Shown in pieces: positions 8,778 through 19,520 of a DNA stretch of 64,000 nucleotides (position 1 is the first letter of the stretch; every line of letters begins with the position of its first letter). The translations under genes and the position numbers were made by a program. Under the pieces are notes generated by a model. The model saw only the letters and a list, made by a program, of their open reading frames with translations. It had not been told where the DNA came from and did not search any database. This stretch comes from a virus (taxonomy: Duplodnaviria > Caudoviricetes), in the IMG/VR virus record IMGVR_UViG_3300032092_000001. One strand, 5' to 3'.

Positions 8778-11375
8778 TTATATGATTTGTACCCATCCTC
8801 CAACTTTATAAATATATAACCCATCAGGACTATCCGTCTGATAAACTATTAAACCCGCAGTTGGTGATAATATTGAAGTTCTTTGGGTTTGTGTCATTCT
8901 TGGGAACAAAACACCTTGGGATGTTGAAGCGACTTCTAAAATAGCTGCGGAGCTTGATGGTGACCCAATAGATACTGTTGTTGCTGAAATTGTTGTCGCA
9001 GTTAACCCGTTTGAATTAGCGTTAAATCCTGGTGTTGATAATGTTGAACCTGATATTAATCCGTCGGCTCTAATGAATGATGTGAGTGATGTTGCGGTAT
9101 TTCTACCCTCAAATAAATTTGTTACATTATCTGCAGCACCCGTCCCATTTTGAATTGATAATGCTCCTTCTGCCGAATTTGTTACTATTTCAGGTGTTGT
9201 TGAATTCTCATATGCTTGCTGTAAAGTTGTTGTTGATAGACCCCCTGTTCCTCCTAATACCTCACCAAACTTTGACACGAGATTGAATACCGCATAACTA
9301 CTATTGACCAAACCACCATTACCAACCGATGCGTTTTTATTTACCGAGATTATACCAATTAATATACCATTATCTCGGTTATTACTAAAATCGGTAAATT
9401 GTTCTGTCTGTGAGCCAGCAACTGCGGCTGTTAAACTTCCATATACTTGTTGTCCCAATTGAATCCTAACAAGTCCTGTTGGGAATAAGAAAACTCTTTG
9501 GTTTGTTGAAGAGTTTGAACCCCCACCTACCGCAGTAACAACACCATTTAAGTCATAATATCCAGGTTGAATTGTTGTTGTATTACCTGATGGAATTGTG
9601 CCTCCAGTTATAGGTCCGTTTCGTGTTCTATATTGAAATGTTGTGGGAGATGTTCCTGAAATGGTAACACTATCAGGGTTTTGTTGATTTGTGAACCATC
9701 CAATACCATTACCCCATAAAACCCCTGCCGATGTATTAATATTCATATTAACACCATTCGCGGACACCAAAACACCTTGATTAATAAGTTTTAATGGCGT
9801 CCAAAGGTCACGTATTGCCGCCATTGGTGATACATCAAAATCAGTTGCATTTTGTAAATTAGTAATTGTTAATCTATCAGCATGTCCAATTCTTCCTAAA
9901 TAAATATTTTCTCTTCTTTCTTGAGGTGTTGGGAAAGTTGTTTGTTGGATTAATGTTGAGGCACTACTAATAAGAATATATGTGGTAACCGCAGTGTTCA
10001 AATATGTTAAAGGTATGTTTGTCCCACCTGAATAATAAAGGTTAATAACATCAGGTAATGTTGCAAATGAATATGTATTTTTAACAATCCATCCTCTTGC
10101 CATTGCAACATTTATTGTTTGTCCCGTACCCTGAGTTATTCCAGTAAATTCATATACACCACTTGAAATGACATTACCCTCCAAGATATTTCTTTCAATA
10201 TCCGTTAGTGTAAGGTTAGAATCTTCATTATTAATATTAACATAAATCTTACCTGTGGTTGTTCCTGTTTGTAAGACATATCCAATTTCATTTGTTCTGG
10301 CACTAAAAGATAATGACGATGTTGAATTAACATATCCACCAGGAATTGTGTCAGAAAGGTATAACACATCACCATTTGCAAATGTGTTGATTGTTATTCC
10401 ACTTAAAATACCATTATTTAAAACTAACCCTGTACCTCCATTTGGTATGTCCTCAGCAGTAACTCCAATAGGTCTTGGACTTTGTAAGGCGTGATTATTG
10501 GTTGCCAATTTTATACTCGGTAAACCAATAGTTGTTCCAGTGATTGTGACTACTTTCCCCTTATCAATTTGAACTCCCGTACCATTATAAACTCTTGTGT
10601 AGAGTTGTTGACCCATCGCAATTGGTACTAAACTATTATCCACATCATAATAAGAAAGAGCCTTTGATACATTATCAAAGAACATTCTTCCACCTGTCTG
10701 AGATGGATTTGTTGACCCGGTTGTAAAGTCAATATAATTAACCTGTGATACTGTATTTGCAGTTACTCCACTTTGGAATATTGTTCCACCTGTTACAGTT
10801 CCTCCACTTAATGGAAGATATGCTCCTGATGTACCACCTGTACCCGTATTAAATTTGCGCCAAGTAGCGTTTGTGCTTGTATATCCGCTAACATCTTCAA
10901 TAGTGGATGCGGTCCAAGCATTTATGAAATTCCTACCTTGTGGAGTATTATTTCTAACTAACGTTCCGTATTCACTAATTGTAACACAATTCGTACTTGC
11001 AGTCGCTGCAGTAAACAATGAAGTATATCCACTTATATGAAATTGGTAAACTTGGTCTTCTTCATAAACATAAACTAACATACCAAGTCTTCGTCTACCT
11101 GAAGATATATTGTCTGAAGCTAATACTAAAACATCAGGAGACCAAACATTTCCATTTCCTTTAGTAAACTCAATAGGAATAGTGTTTCCTGAATATTCAA
11201 TACTTCCAGTTGTTCCTGTAGGTATAGTATAAATTAAGTCATTTAAACTATAAACCTCCATGTAACCACCAATATTATTAACACTATATCCTAACCCGTA
11301 TGTATTGGATATTGGGACACTTTGTGTTGTTCCGACTTGTAGTGATGATATTGGATTTTTGTATGGAAAACTCAT
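8778..11375 (-). CDS. Tail fibre-like protein
   Basis: Gly/Thr-rich beta segments; N-terminal RRLGMLVYV motif; C-terminal EVASTSQGVLFPRMTQTQR...GLIVYQTD...W motif familiar from Bacteroidota surface and phage fibre proteins. Confidence 0.65.
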   Translation of the reverse strand: MSFPYKNPISSLQVGTTQSVPISNTYGLGYSVNNIGGYMEVYSLNDLIYTIPTGTTGSIEYSGNTIPIEFTKGNGNVWSPDVLVLASDNISSGRRRLGMLVYVYEEDQVYQFHISGYTSLFTAATASTNCVTISEYGTLVRNNTPQGRNFINAWTASTIEDVSGYTSTNATWRKFNTGTGGTSGAYLPLSGGTVTGGTIFQSGVTANTVSQVNYIDFTTGSTNPSQTGGRMFFDNVSKALSYYDVDNSLVPIAMGQQLYTRVYNGTGVQIDKGKVVTITGTTIGLPSIKLATNNHALQSPRPIGVTAEDIPNGGTGLVLNNGILSGITINTFANGDVLYLSDTIPGGYVNSTSSLSFSARTNEIGYVLQTGTTTGKIYVNINNEDSNLTLTDIERNILEGNVISSGVYEFTGITQGTGQTINVAMARGWIVKNTYSFATLPDVINLYYSGGTNIPLTYLNTAVTTYILISSASTLIQQTTFPTPQERRENIYLGRIGHADRLTITNLQNATDFDVSPMAAIRDLWTPLKLINQGVLVSANGVNMNINTSAGVLWGNGIGWFTNQQNPDSVTISGTSPTTFQYRTRNGPITGGTIPSGNTTTIQPGYYDLNGVVTAVGGGSNSSTNQRVFLFPTGLVRIQLGQQVYGSLTAAVAGSQTEQFTDFSNNRDNGILIGIISVNKNASVGNGGLVNSSYAVFNLVSKFGEVLGGTGGLSTTTLQQAYENSTTPEIVTNSAEGALSIQNGTGAADNVTNLFEGRNTATSLTSFIRADGLISGSTLSTPGFNANSNGLTATTISATTVSIGSPSSSAAILEVASTSQGVLFPRMTQTQRTSILSPTAGLIVYQTDSPDGLYIYKVGGWVQII

Positions 11376-11384
11376 ATTATATAA

Positions 11385-12395
11385 TTATAAACCAACCGAA
11401 CTTCCTCTAAAATATAATGGTAAATTATTGTTTAACTCAAAAGCTGAATTTGGGAAAGTTGTATAAACTCTATATGTCGTGTTTCCAATTGTGGGTCCAA
11501 CATAACTAAACGAATTTGTATACATTGATGAATTCATTTTATAACTTGTAAACACATTTGGGTTAACTACCCCCAAATCAATTTCTATTTGATATTCCCC
11601 ATTTGTTAAACCTGTAGGTATTAACCAAGTATACCATGATTTACTTTGTACATAATTTTCAGGGACTTGAGTTGTGATAAAATTATATTGTATCACAGGG
11701 TTACCATACTCGTCATATGTATCACTATTATTAACAATGTAATTATAAGATGCTTTTATTATTTTTGGGAACTGCCCATTTGACCACCCTGAAAAATTCA
11801 CATAAGTTGACATATCAGTTTGGAAAGTAGACGCACTACTACTAGGTTGTGTTGCATTTGTAAATCCGTAAAAATTGGAACCTTGTGAATACATGTAACT
11901 TCCAATACTTGATGACCCACTATAAGGTTCAATAAACAAATAAGCTAACGGTATCTCAGGTGTAACCGATGGTGTCGGTGTCACAGTTGTGGATGGAGTA
12001 ATTGTATTTGTTGGGGTAATTGATGGTGTAATAGTCGGTGTCGGTGTTATACTTGGTGTCAGAGATGTCGTCGGGGTAATTGATGGTGTAATACTTGGTG
12101 TTGGAGTAATTGATGGTGTTAATGAAACTGTTGGGGTAACTGAAGGGGTAATACTCGGTGTTGGTGTTGGTGTAACACACATATAGTTTTCAGTAAAAAT
12201 ACACCCTGTTGAGTCTATAATCTTAATTAATGCCTGTGGAGCAGTATCAAATTGTGAGGGTAAGTAGATAGTAACCTGAGGAGGAACATATCCTTCAATT
12301 GTTGTTGTATAAACACAGTTAAATTCGTATACGTCACATGTATAAACTTGGTACGGTGGTATCCCACTTAGATTTTGAATAACAATTTGACCCAT
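11385..12395 (-). CDS. Virion protein: N-terminal small module, Pro/Thr/Ser stalk, C-terminal globular domain
   Basis: SGIPPYQVY...KIIDSTGC then TPTPSITP repeats. Confidence 0.7.
   Translation of the reverse strand: MGQIVIQNLSGIPPYQVYTCDVYEFNCVYTTTIEGYVPPQVTIYLPSQFDTAPQALIKIIDSTGCIFTENYMCVTPTPTPSITPSVTPTVSLTPSITPTPSITPSITPTTSLTPSITPTPTITPSITPTNTITPSTTVTPTPSVTPEIPLAYLFIEPYSGSSSIGSYMYSQGSNFYGFTNATQPSSSASTFQTDMSTYVNFSGWSNGQFPKIIKASYNYIVNNSDTYDEYGNPVIQYNFITTQVPENYVQSKSWYTWLIPTGLTNGEYQIEIDLGVVNPNVFTSYKMNSSMYTNSFSYVGPTIGNTTYRVYTTFPNSAFELNNNLPLYFRGSSVGL
11960..12176 (-). repeat. TPS/ITP coding tandem repeat
   Basis: Repeated SITP/TPTP units in translation; repeated gatggtgtaata-like units in DNA. 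Confidence 0.85.
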
Positions 12396-12400
12396 TAATC

Positions 12401-12407
12401 ATAAATA
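12401..12407 (-). promoter_or_regulatory. TATTTAT element (putative late promoter)
   Basis: 5 nt before ATG at 12395. Confidence 0.6.
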
Positions 12408-12419
12408 CTTTATTATGTG

Positions 12420-14561
12420 TTATGTAACACATGAAGTATCGTATTCAATTCTAACTGAAACAATAATATCTTCATCCCTATAAACCTCAACCCCTCCAAC
12501 ACTTTGGGACTGAATTAATATAGTGTTGTCTTCGTTATTGATAATAACTGTTTCAATATAAGGAATGTTTAACAACACATACTGTAAAATTGCCGAAAAC
12601 CCTGAAACTGTAGGTAAATCATCCAACGATAATGTTGTATAGAATTCCGCACTATATGTTATACCACTTAACTCAACATCACAATAAAATGTCGCACTAT
12701 TTAATTTACATAAATCATGTCCTGTAGTAACGTCAATATACCCATTATATAATAAATTAGAAAAATCAGTTAAAGATGTACTATCCTCTTCTTCATTAGT
12801 ATCAAATGTGAAACTTGTAGTTCTAGTTTGTGGTGGATTACAAGTAATTGATGTTTCTAAATATGCCTGACAACCATTAGTACCACTAATCGTTAAGTAA
12901 TATGTACCGGCAGTTAATCCTGTTAAAAACACTCCAGTTTGTCCGTTAACATTATCACTCCATGTTAAATTAAAAGGTCCTTCTTCGTCAATGATTAATG
13001 CCGATATAGTACCTCCACTACCATTAAGACATCCAGTTGGTACTAAAATTGTTTTAAATGGCGTTAATCCTTCAACAGATATTTGTTTTTCCTGAGAACA
13101 AAAATTCTCATTATTTACGGTTACCGTATAATCCCCTTGTGTTAGAGATGAAAATGTGTACGTTGTTGCAGTCGTAAATTCAGAATATACTCCATTTGAT
13201 AACGAGTATTCATACATTAAACCTGAGGTAGTTTCATTAATAACATTTACCTGTATTAACCCATCATTTGGTTGACAGTACGTACTTTGTGAAGTCACGT
13301 TGATGTCAAATGGTATGTTATTATTTATAACTATATTTGACGAGTAAGTACACGCACTTCCCGCATCAGAAATAGTCAATGTATAGGTATCAGAACTTAA
13401 TGATTCAAATGTTACTGAAGGTATAAAACTAGTTTGGGTATTCGTAAATCCTGAGTTGTTAGTTAATTCAAATACATAAGGTAAAACTCCTCCATTAACT
13501 TCAACCGATATACTTCCAGTTTCAAATCCACAAGACATATCTTGTTTTGTCTCAGAAACTAATACAAAAGAATTTGGTGTTAATAATGTAAAATTATATG
13601 TTAATTTACATAACGCAACGTCAGTAATAGTTAAAGTATAATTTCCGGCATTCAATCCCGAAAATCCAAAAGTTTCACTGTAAGAAACTAATGAATCACC
13701 ATTACTCAATAAATAAAAGTAAGGTCCAGTTCCTCCTGATATTTGAAAATTAACATAACCATCATAACCAGAACATGAAGGTTGACTTGGAACATAATCA
13801 ACAATTGAAATCTGAGGGGCTTGGTTAACTGTTGTGGTTTTAGTGATTTGACATCCAAAACTATCAGTAACCGTAACTGAATAATTTGATGCCGCCAATC
13901 CTGTTACAAAATATTCTGAAGTCGCACTTGTAGGATTACTAGACCATAAATATGTGAATGGTGCAGTACCTGTTATTCCTGTTACATATATCTTACCGTT
14001 TTGATAAGAACATGAAGGATTATCAATCGTATGTAATCCATAATCTAACACATTTGAACTTCGTATTACAACATTTTCAGTTTCTCCGTAACATCCACCA
14101 TAATCAGTATAACTACAATAATATACACCATCACTTAGACTACTAAATAAAAATTGATTTAGTGTTATAGTGTTAGTCACATATTCTTCACCATTTTTAT
14201 ATAAGGTAACTTCAGTTGACCCTAAATTTTCAGAAACGTTAAATATTAACGACCCGTTATCAATCCCACAAGTAGTATTAACTACATTACTAATATATGC
14301 GGTAGTTCCAGTACCAATAACAAATGATATATTATTAATAGATTCATTTCTAGGTGTTAGTGAGTTTGTTAGGTTAAAGTTATAGGTTCCCGCACTTAAT
14401 CCAGTTAGTGAGTAATTACTGGTAAAGGCACTGGTGGTTAATACAGGATTATTCCAACTTATTGTATATGGACTACCGTCACCTGTTACCTGTAGATTTA
14501 ACGCCCCGTTATTAGTATTGGAACAATCACCTGTCAGTATTATACTATAATTAAATGGCAT
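12420..14561 (-). CDS. SprB-repeat virion protein
   Basis: Several repeats such as GTAPFTYLWS...GLAASNYSVTVTDSFGC and GGTGPYFY...GLNAGNYTLTITD. Confidence 0.8.
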   Translation of the reverse strand: MPFNYSIILTGDCSNTNNGALNLQVTGDGSPYTISWNNPVLTTSAFTSNYSLTGLSAGTYNFNLTNSLTPRNESINNISFVIGTGTTAYISNVVNTTCGIDNGSLIFNVSENLGSTEVTLYKNGEEYVTNTITLNQFLFSSLSDGVYYCSYTDYGGCYGETENVVIRSSNVLDYGLHTIDNPSCSYQNGKIYVTGITGTAPFTYLWSSNPTSATSEYFVTGLAASNYSVTVTDSFGCQITKTTTVNQAPQISIVDYVPSQPSCSGYDGYVNFQISGGTGPYFYLLSNGDSLVSYSETFGFSGLNAGNYTLTITDVALCKLTYNFTLLTPNSFVLVSETKQDMSCGFETGSISVEVNGGVLPYVFELTNNSGFTNTQTSFIPSVTFESLSSDTYTLTISDAGSACTYSSNIVINNNIPFDINVTSQSTYCQPNDGLIQVNVINETTSGLMYEYSLSNGVYSEFTTATTYTFSSLTQGDYTVTVNNENFCSQEKQISVEGLTPFKTILVPTGCLNGSGGTISALIIDEEGPFNLTWSDNVNGQTGVFLTGLTAGTYYLTISGTNGCQAYLETSITCNPPQTRTTSFTFDTNEEEDSTSLTDFSNLLYNGYIDVTTGHDLCKLNSATFYCDVELSGITYSAEFYTTLSLDDLPTVSGFSAILQYVLLNIPYIETVIINNEDNTILIQSQSVGGVEVYRDEDIIVSVRIEYDTSCVT

Positions 14562-14566
14562 TCAGT

Positions 14567-17476
14567 TTATGTGTATTGTTCGTTTATTGTACCAAATGTT
14601 ATACTACCGATACTTCCGTTATAAGTACAATTAACATTTGATAATTTAAATGTTACCTGTCCTATGGCAGTTAATGATGGTTGTGTATTAAGAATAAAAC
14701 CAACATTTGTAAAATTATAAGAGTTAATAACACTTTGTACTTGTGTTAAATAATCACTATCACTTGTTGGGAATAGATTATCCTGTGTATAAGTTATTGG
14801 TAATGTAAAGTTAAATGTTGTATTACCAATAGTAAACTCAAAGAAATACTGTCTACTAATAACCGTACTATCACTAAAGTTACCTTGTATTTGAGATAAT
14901 GAAATTAAATTAATTGTATAAATTTTTGGAGAACATGGGGGTGTGATGGTACCAGCAACAACCGCCCCTGGCGTTGTTGTTGACACAATCTGACAACCTC
15001 TTTGCATTCTGTATATAAATTTTTGTCTATGAAAAATTGAATTTTCAAACTTAGTACCTGTGTTCCATATTGCAGATGCCGGCATAAACTGCTCAATAAC
15101 CCTAATCCAATAATCACCAAGTCCGTTAATATATTCAATCATATTTCCATAGTTGAAGTTGTTGTTCTCAATTCCCGTATCTTCGTACATTGTACGGTAC
15201 TTCCAAAAGATGGATTGTAATGTTGGGTAACCGCTAGTTTTACCATCCGATGAAAATTGTCTATTTCTAACATTTATCATGTTTTTCCAAAACCTATTAT
15301 AAAATTCATAGAATGTTTTTATTTGTGGTTTTGGATTTATGTATGTTGAATCAACTCCCCCAACCTGTGGATAAGGTGATGATAAACCAGTTAATGGTAT
15401 TGGGTAGTCCTCAGTTTGTGACATATACCAAACGTCGTAGACTAAAGCCTGTGCGGGATTTAAAAATATTTCAGTATTCTTAACATTTAAAGTTAACCTA
15501 TCATCACTAACACTATAATACGAATCAAATAAATTATCATTATTAATACGCGAATCTGTTTCATTACTCCAACTTTTTCTATTATCTATTTGTTTTTTTA
15601 ATGAAAATCCCAAATCCATATATGGGAAATCCCTATAAAAATCCAAATATTTTTGTCCGTAAGTTGACGGTTCAATTTGAGTCTGTATATCGTAATTTTG
15701 TCCTGTAAAAACACTTAAATTTTCATTAACGATTTGTGGAGCTTGATGTTGTGGTGTTGATTCAAACCAACCTTCACCTTTTTGAAAGAAGTAGTTATCA
15801 TCTTCTGTTAGTTTTATTGGGTATCCATTCTCATCAACAGGAATATCGTCTCTAGTCGTACTAACCTCAATAACTGAAGTTGATGACGTAAACGCCGTAT
15901 ATTGATATCCTTTTAAAATATAAACATTATTTTCGTCTAATATTGGAACTTCAGGGATATAAGTACCTGATGAAATTAACGCAAATTGCTCATCAAACCT
16001 TTCCATATTAATTGGAGCGTCTGCCTTATACACATTTTCATTAAACTCTAATAATGCGTCGGGTACCCCAACAAACTCCATTAAAAAATCAATAGCCTTT
16101 CTTGTACCCTTTGATTTATATAACCAAGCAGAATTAAGTATTAAATTTCTAAAAAATTGGTCGTTTAAATCTTGTATTGTTTGACTTGTTGAGTATGCCG
16201 GAAAAGCATTTTCTGTTGTACCATAAAGTGAAGAAATGTAGTCAACATTACTAATTGGGGAAATGTTAATATTCCATCCCAATGTCTGAGCGACATTAGT
16301 TAAAAGTCCTGATGGAACATCATTTCCAATATTATAATTTATAGAATTAACATTTTTAACACCATCAATATATTGTTTAACTTCATCAAAACTTCTACCA
16401 TATATTTTAAGAACCTTATCAACCTTAGAATCTGAGGTGTCAAATTCTTTAAATGCATTAGTAGTATAAAACCTTGATATTAAATCTGTTGACGAGACAT
16501 CAAACTCTTCCCCAATAGTAACTAATTTAGTTAAATAACCAGTAAATTGTTCGGTTCTAATATCTATATTCCAACTACCATCAAGGGGCCAAGTTAAAGT
16601 CTGATATGATGTAAATATTGTCCCATCATTACCTTCAGTCGGTACTTGGAATGATGCAGTATATATCGGAGTGATATATCTATTTAATAAAAATTCTTGT
16701 ACGTTATCTAACTCTAAATTAAAAATTTCATTTACAATAGTATCATTTGGTCTGAGTATGAAACTATAATCAACGGATATTGCCCCCCCAGTTAAATCAA
16801 ATGGATTACCATTAACCCAAATAGATAAAGTTGATGCTGACATGTCATCCGTCGCAATAATAGCTTCAACGTCATAATATCCCGAGTTATAGACTAATGT
16901 ATAACTTTTATACTTATCTTTGAAATTTCTATAATCAGATACTGAATATGGTAAATTACTAATATTTTCAGTCGCATTATAACTATAATCAATACCGAAC
17001 GGATTTCTAAATAAAAAACAATTCAATATTAATTTAGTAACATCACTATCTTCATCATACTCAACGTCTGTTGCAGTGTACCCTGTTGTTAAGTCGTTAT
17101 AATACTTTGTTGTCTCAATTGCTGCTGGAAAATAGTTTATAATCCCCAACGCAGCGGCCTCCATTCTTTTAGATAACGGACCGTAATTTGTAAAATTTAA
17201 TACGTTAGTTTTATCAAAATTAGGATAGAGTTTGAAATTAGTGTTAAATATACTTTCAGATTTTTCTAAATTTGATATTTGTAAATCTTTTAACGAAATC
17301 GGTTCTGAGAAAACACCGGCTTCAAAATTTCTTACAACTCTAGCAACAACACCTTGTGAAAATTCAAAATTTGCATTAGTTAATCCTCCACCCTGTACTA
17401 ATTGCAGTCCAACCAAATTATTGGCGAATGAACCATCTCCAGATGCACTTTGTGGTGGACACGCATATTTTACCAT
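14567..17476 (-). CDS. Baseplate wedge protein (P2 GpI / T4 gp7-like core with extensions)
   Basis: LLTNVAQTLGW...NLILNSAWLYKSKGTRKAIDFLM motif typical of the GpI-like family; located in the baseplate operon. Confidence 0.6.
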   Translation of the reverse strand: MVKYACPPQSASGDGSFANNLVGLQLVQGGGLTNANFEFSQGVVARVVRNFEAGVFSEPISLKDLQISNLEKSESIFNTNFKLYPNFDKTNVLNFTNYGPLSKRMEAAALGIINYFPAAIETTKYYNDLTTGYTATDVEYDEDSDVTKLILNCFLFRNPFGIDYSYNATENISNLPYSVSDYRNFKDKYKSYTLVYNSGYYDVEAIIATDDMSASTLSIWVNGNPFDLTGGAISVDYSFILRPNDTIVNEIFNLELDNVQEFLLNRYITPIYTASFQVPTEGNDGTIFTSYQTLTWPLDGSWNIDIRTEQFTGYLTKLVTIGEEFDVSSTDLISRFYTTNAFKEFDTSDSKVDKVLKIYGRSFDEVKQYIDGVKNVNSINYNIGNDVPSGLLTNVAQTLGWNINISPISNVDYISSLYGTTENAFPAYSTSQTIQDLNDQFFRNLILNSAWLYKSKGTRKAIDFLMEFVGVPDALLEFNENVYKADAPINMERFDEQFALISSGTYIPEVPILDENNVYILKGYQYTAFTSSTSVIEVSTTRDDIPVDENGYPIKLTEDDNYFFQKGEGWFESTPQHQAPQIVNENLSVFTGQNYDIQTQIEPSTYGQKYLDFYRDFPYMDLGFSLKKQIDNRKSWSNETDSRINNDNLFDSYYSVSDDRLTLNVKNTEIFLNPAQALVYDVWYMSQTEDYPIPLTGLSSPYPQVGGVDSTYINPKPQIKTFYEFYNRFWKNMINVRNRQFSSDGKTSGYPTLQSIFWKYRTMYEDTGIENNNFNYGNMIEYINGLGDYWIRVIEQFMPASAIWNTGTKFENSIFHRQKFIYRMQRGCQIVSTTTPGAVVAGTITPPCSPKIYTINLISLSQIQGNFSDSTVISRQYFFEFTIGNTTFNFTLPITYTQDNLFPTSDSDYLTQVQSVINSYNFTNVGFILNTQPSLTAIGQVTFKLSNVNCTYNGSIGSITFGTINEQYT

Positions 17477-18381
17477 TATCCTATTATATTTTCAAAACTT
17501 TTACCGAAATCAATATTATCCCCTCTATCTTGTCTAACCTCATATAATAAGTTATTAAATTGGTCGCGGATTTCATAAAGATTGTATTGACGGTATATAT
17601 TATTAGTATCGTCATATATGGTATAAATTCCATCATCCATAGACTTAGTTTGATTACCATATAAAGCAATTGCAAGTGTTGACGCATCATGCTCAACAAT
17701 TTCAACTTCAACCATTGTGGGGTTAAAGAATGTGTTAGTTATAATAATATTCTGATTTGCAACCCCAATATATGGAGTAGCATTTGGTTTTGACGATGGT
17801 GATGATGATGGAGTTAGAGTACAGAACATTAGATTTGAAACACTGTCGGTGTAACTATATCTAATTGATTTGACATTAGTATTCGTTAAATTCTGTATTA
17901 CAGGTTCACAAAAAAAGTTTGAGGTTATTACTCTAAAAAAATTAGGTACCTTACTTCCGTCGTCATTTAAATACTCAACTCTAAAACCAACTAATCCCTG
18001 ATTAACAAATTTATTTCTATATTCTTCAGGGACTGTTTGTAAATCAATAATGATTCCTTTAACATTAGGTAGAGCACTTAATACACCACACTCATTAATT
18101 GTAGTCCTAATTTGAGCAGGTCTAATCATTAATGTGTAAATCCCAAGAGCATTAAATTGGTCTGTAGGCAATACTAAATTATAAAGTCCTCCTAAAACCT
18201 CATTAGCATTCCCCCCTGTTGCACCATTATTAAAATATGGTGTAAGGTATTGTAAAGTGTCTAATTTAGTCAAGGTGAAATTGTTACCCGCATCTCTTGA
18301 TGGTGTATAATTAACAATTATCTCCACATCTTGTGGGCTGACATCCGCTAATCGTATCGTTCCGTAATTACCTGTAGCCAA
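17476..18381 (-). CDS. Hypothetical virion protein
   Basis: 301-aa ORF, TTG start, coupled within the structural operon. Confidence 0.6.
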   Translation of the reverse strand: MATGNYGTIRLADVSPQDVEIIVNYTPSRDAGNNFTLTKLDTLQYLTPYFNNGATGGNANEVLGGLYNLVLPTDQFNALGIYTLMIRPAQIRTTINECGVLSALPNVKGIIIDLQTVPEEYRNKFVNQGLVGFRVEYLNDDGSKVPNFFRVITSNFFCEPVIQNLTNTNVKSIRYSYTDSVSNLMFCTLTPSSSPSSKPNATPYIGVANQNIIITNTFFNPTMVEVEIVEHDASTLAIALYGNQTKSMDDGIYTIYDDTNNIYRQYNLYEIRDQFNNLLYEVRQDRGDNIDFGKSFENIIG

Positions 18382-18407
18382 AGTTTCTTAGTTTTTATTT
18401 TATTTTT

Positions 18408-18414
18408 ATAAATA
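18408..18414 (-). promoter_or_regulatory. TATTTAT element (putative late promoter)
   Basis: 26 nt before the TTG at 18381. Confidence 0.5.
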
Positions 18415-18437
18415 GTTTTAATCACATTTTTTAATAG

Positions 18438-19520
18438 TTATTGACTAATAACATTAAAAAATCCATACCCATAATTAACCAACTCATCAACAGTATCAAC
18501 CTCCCCAATTCTTCTAAAGTTTTCTAAAACAGAGTTCTTACCTCTCTCAATTAATACACTTGAGAATATCTGTGGTTGGTCTATTATATTTAATAATGCC
18601 TCATTTTTTGTAATAGCACTCATAACTAAATCTGAATTAGAAAATCCCGACGAATTAATTGAAAATGTTGTGGTCCCTCCAGTAAAGTCAACATAACTAA
18701 TACCATCAATTTCATAATATATGTAACCATCGGTTGTGATGTTATTAATCTTACCAGTCCCCCCTCCATCAACAGGTAACAATACATTTAATGGAAATTT
18801 ATCCGGCCCATACTGAACTAAATCAAATAATCTTGATTCACTAAATCCTGAAACCACATAAGGGACATCAACAAAATTAGAGGTTACCGCCTGTGAAACT
18901 TCGGTTATTGAGTCACCAGAAAAAATATAATTATACGATGTTGGATTATCAGGGGTTAATGGGAAATTGTTAACAAAGACAACGGTACCTAAAGTATTCT
19001 CAATTGTTATACCGGTAAATGGAACTACAATTGTTTTCTTCACTTTAACAACACCCCAAGTATTTGTCTGAGTTAATGTGATTGTAAATTCTGTTTGAGA
19101 TTCAACCTGATTGTAAGTGTGCATAACATAATTAGGTGAAATCAATTGACTATTAGTGGTTGTATTATCACCCCAATCAATATTATAAATTGACTCCTGA
19201 GTAAAAATTGAATTATTATCAGAAGTGTTATAAAAATAATATGTATACGGAGAAGCTGAGTTAGCACTAAAAACAAAATTAGTGATAATGTTCTGTTGTA
19301 AAATATTACCGTCAAATGTTGAGTAGTATCCAAAATCATGAGAGTCTTGAGTTAACATTATAGGTATAGTTAATCCTGTCAATAATGATGAACCGTTAGG
19401 TCCTCCGCTAAGAACCATTGATAACCCGGAATACACCCCAAAGTTAAACCCATCATAAGTTTCAGGGAAAATGTCCCCTGATAAAACCTCAGGTGATATT
19501 TTTATTTTAAAAGTTTCCAT
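18438..19520 (-). CDS. Hypothetical virion protein with PKD-like segment
   Basis: YNIDWGDNTT...HTY motif resembles PKD domains. Confidence 0.55.
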   Translation of the reverse strand: METFKIKISPEVLSGDIFPETYDGFNFGVYSGLSMVLSGGPNGSSLLTGLTIPIMLTQDSHDFGYYSTFDGNILQQNIITNFVFSANSASPYTYYFYNTSDNNSIFTQESIYNIDWGDNTTTNSQLISPNYVMHTYNQVESQTEFTITLTQTNTWGVVKVKKTIVVPFTGITIENTLGTVVFVNNFPLTPDNPTSYNYIFSGDSITEVSQAVTSNFVDVPYVVSGFSESRLFDLVQYGPDKFPLNVLLPVDGGGTGKINNITTDGYIYYEIDGISYVDFTGGTTTFSINSSGFSNSDLVMSAITKNEALLNIIDQPQIFSSVLIERGKNSVLENFRRIGEVDTVDELVNYGYGFFNVISQ

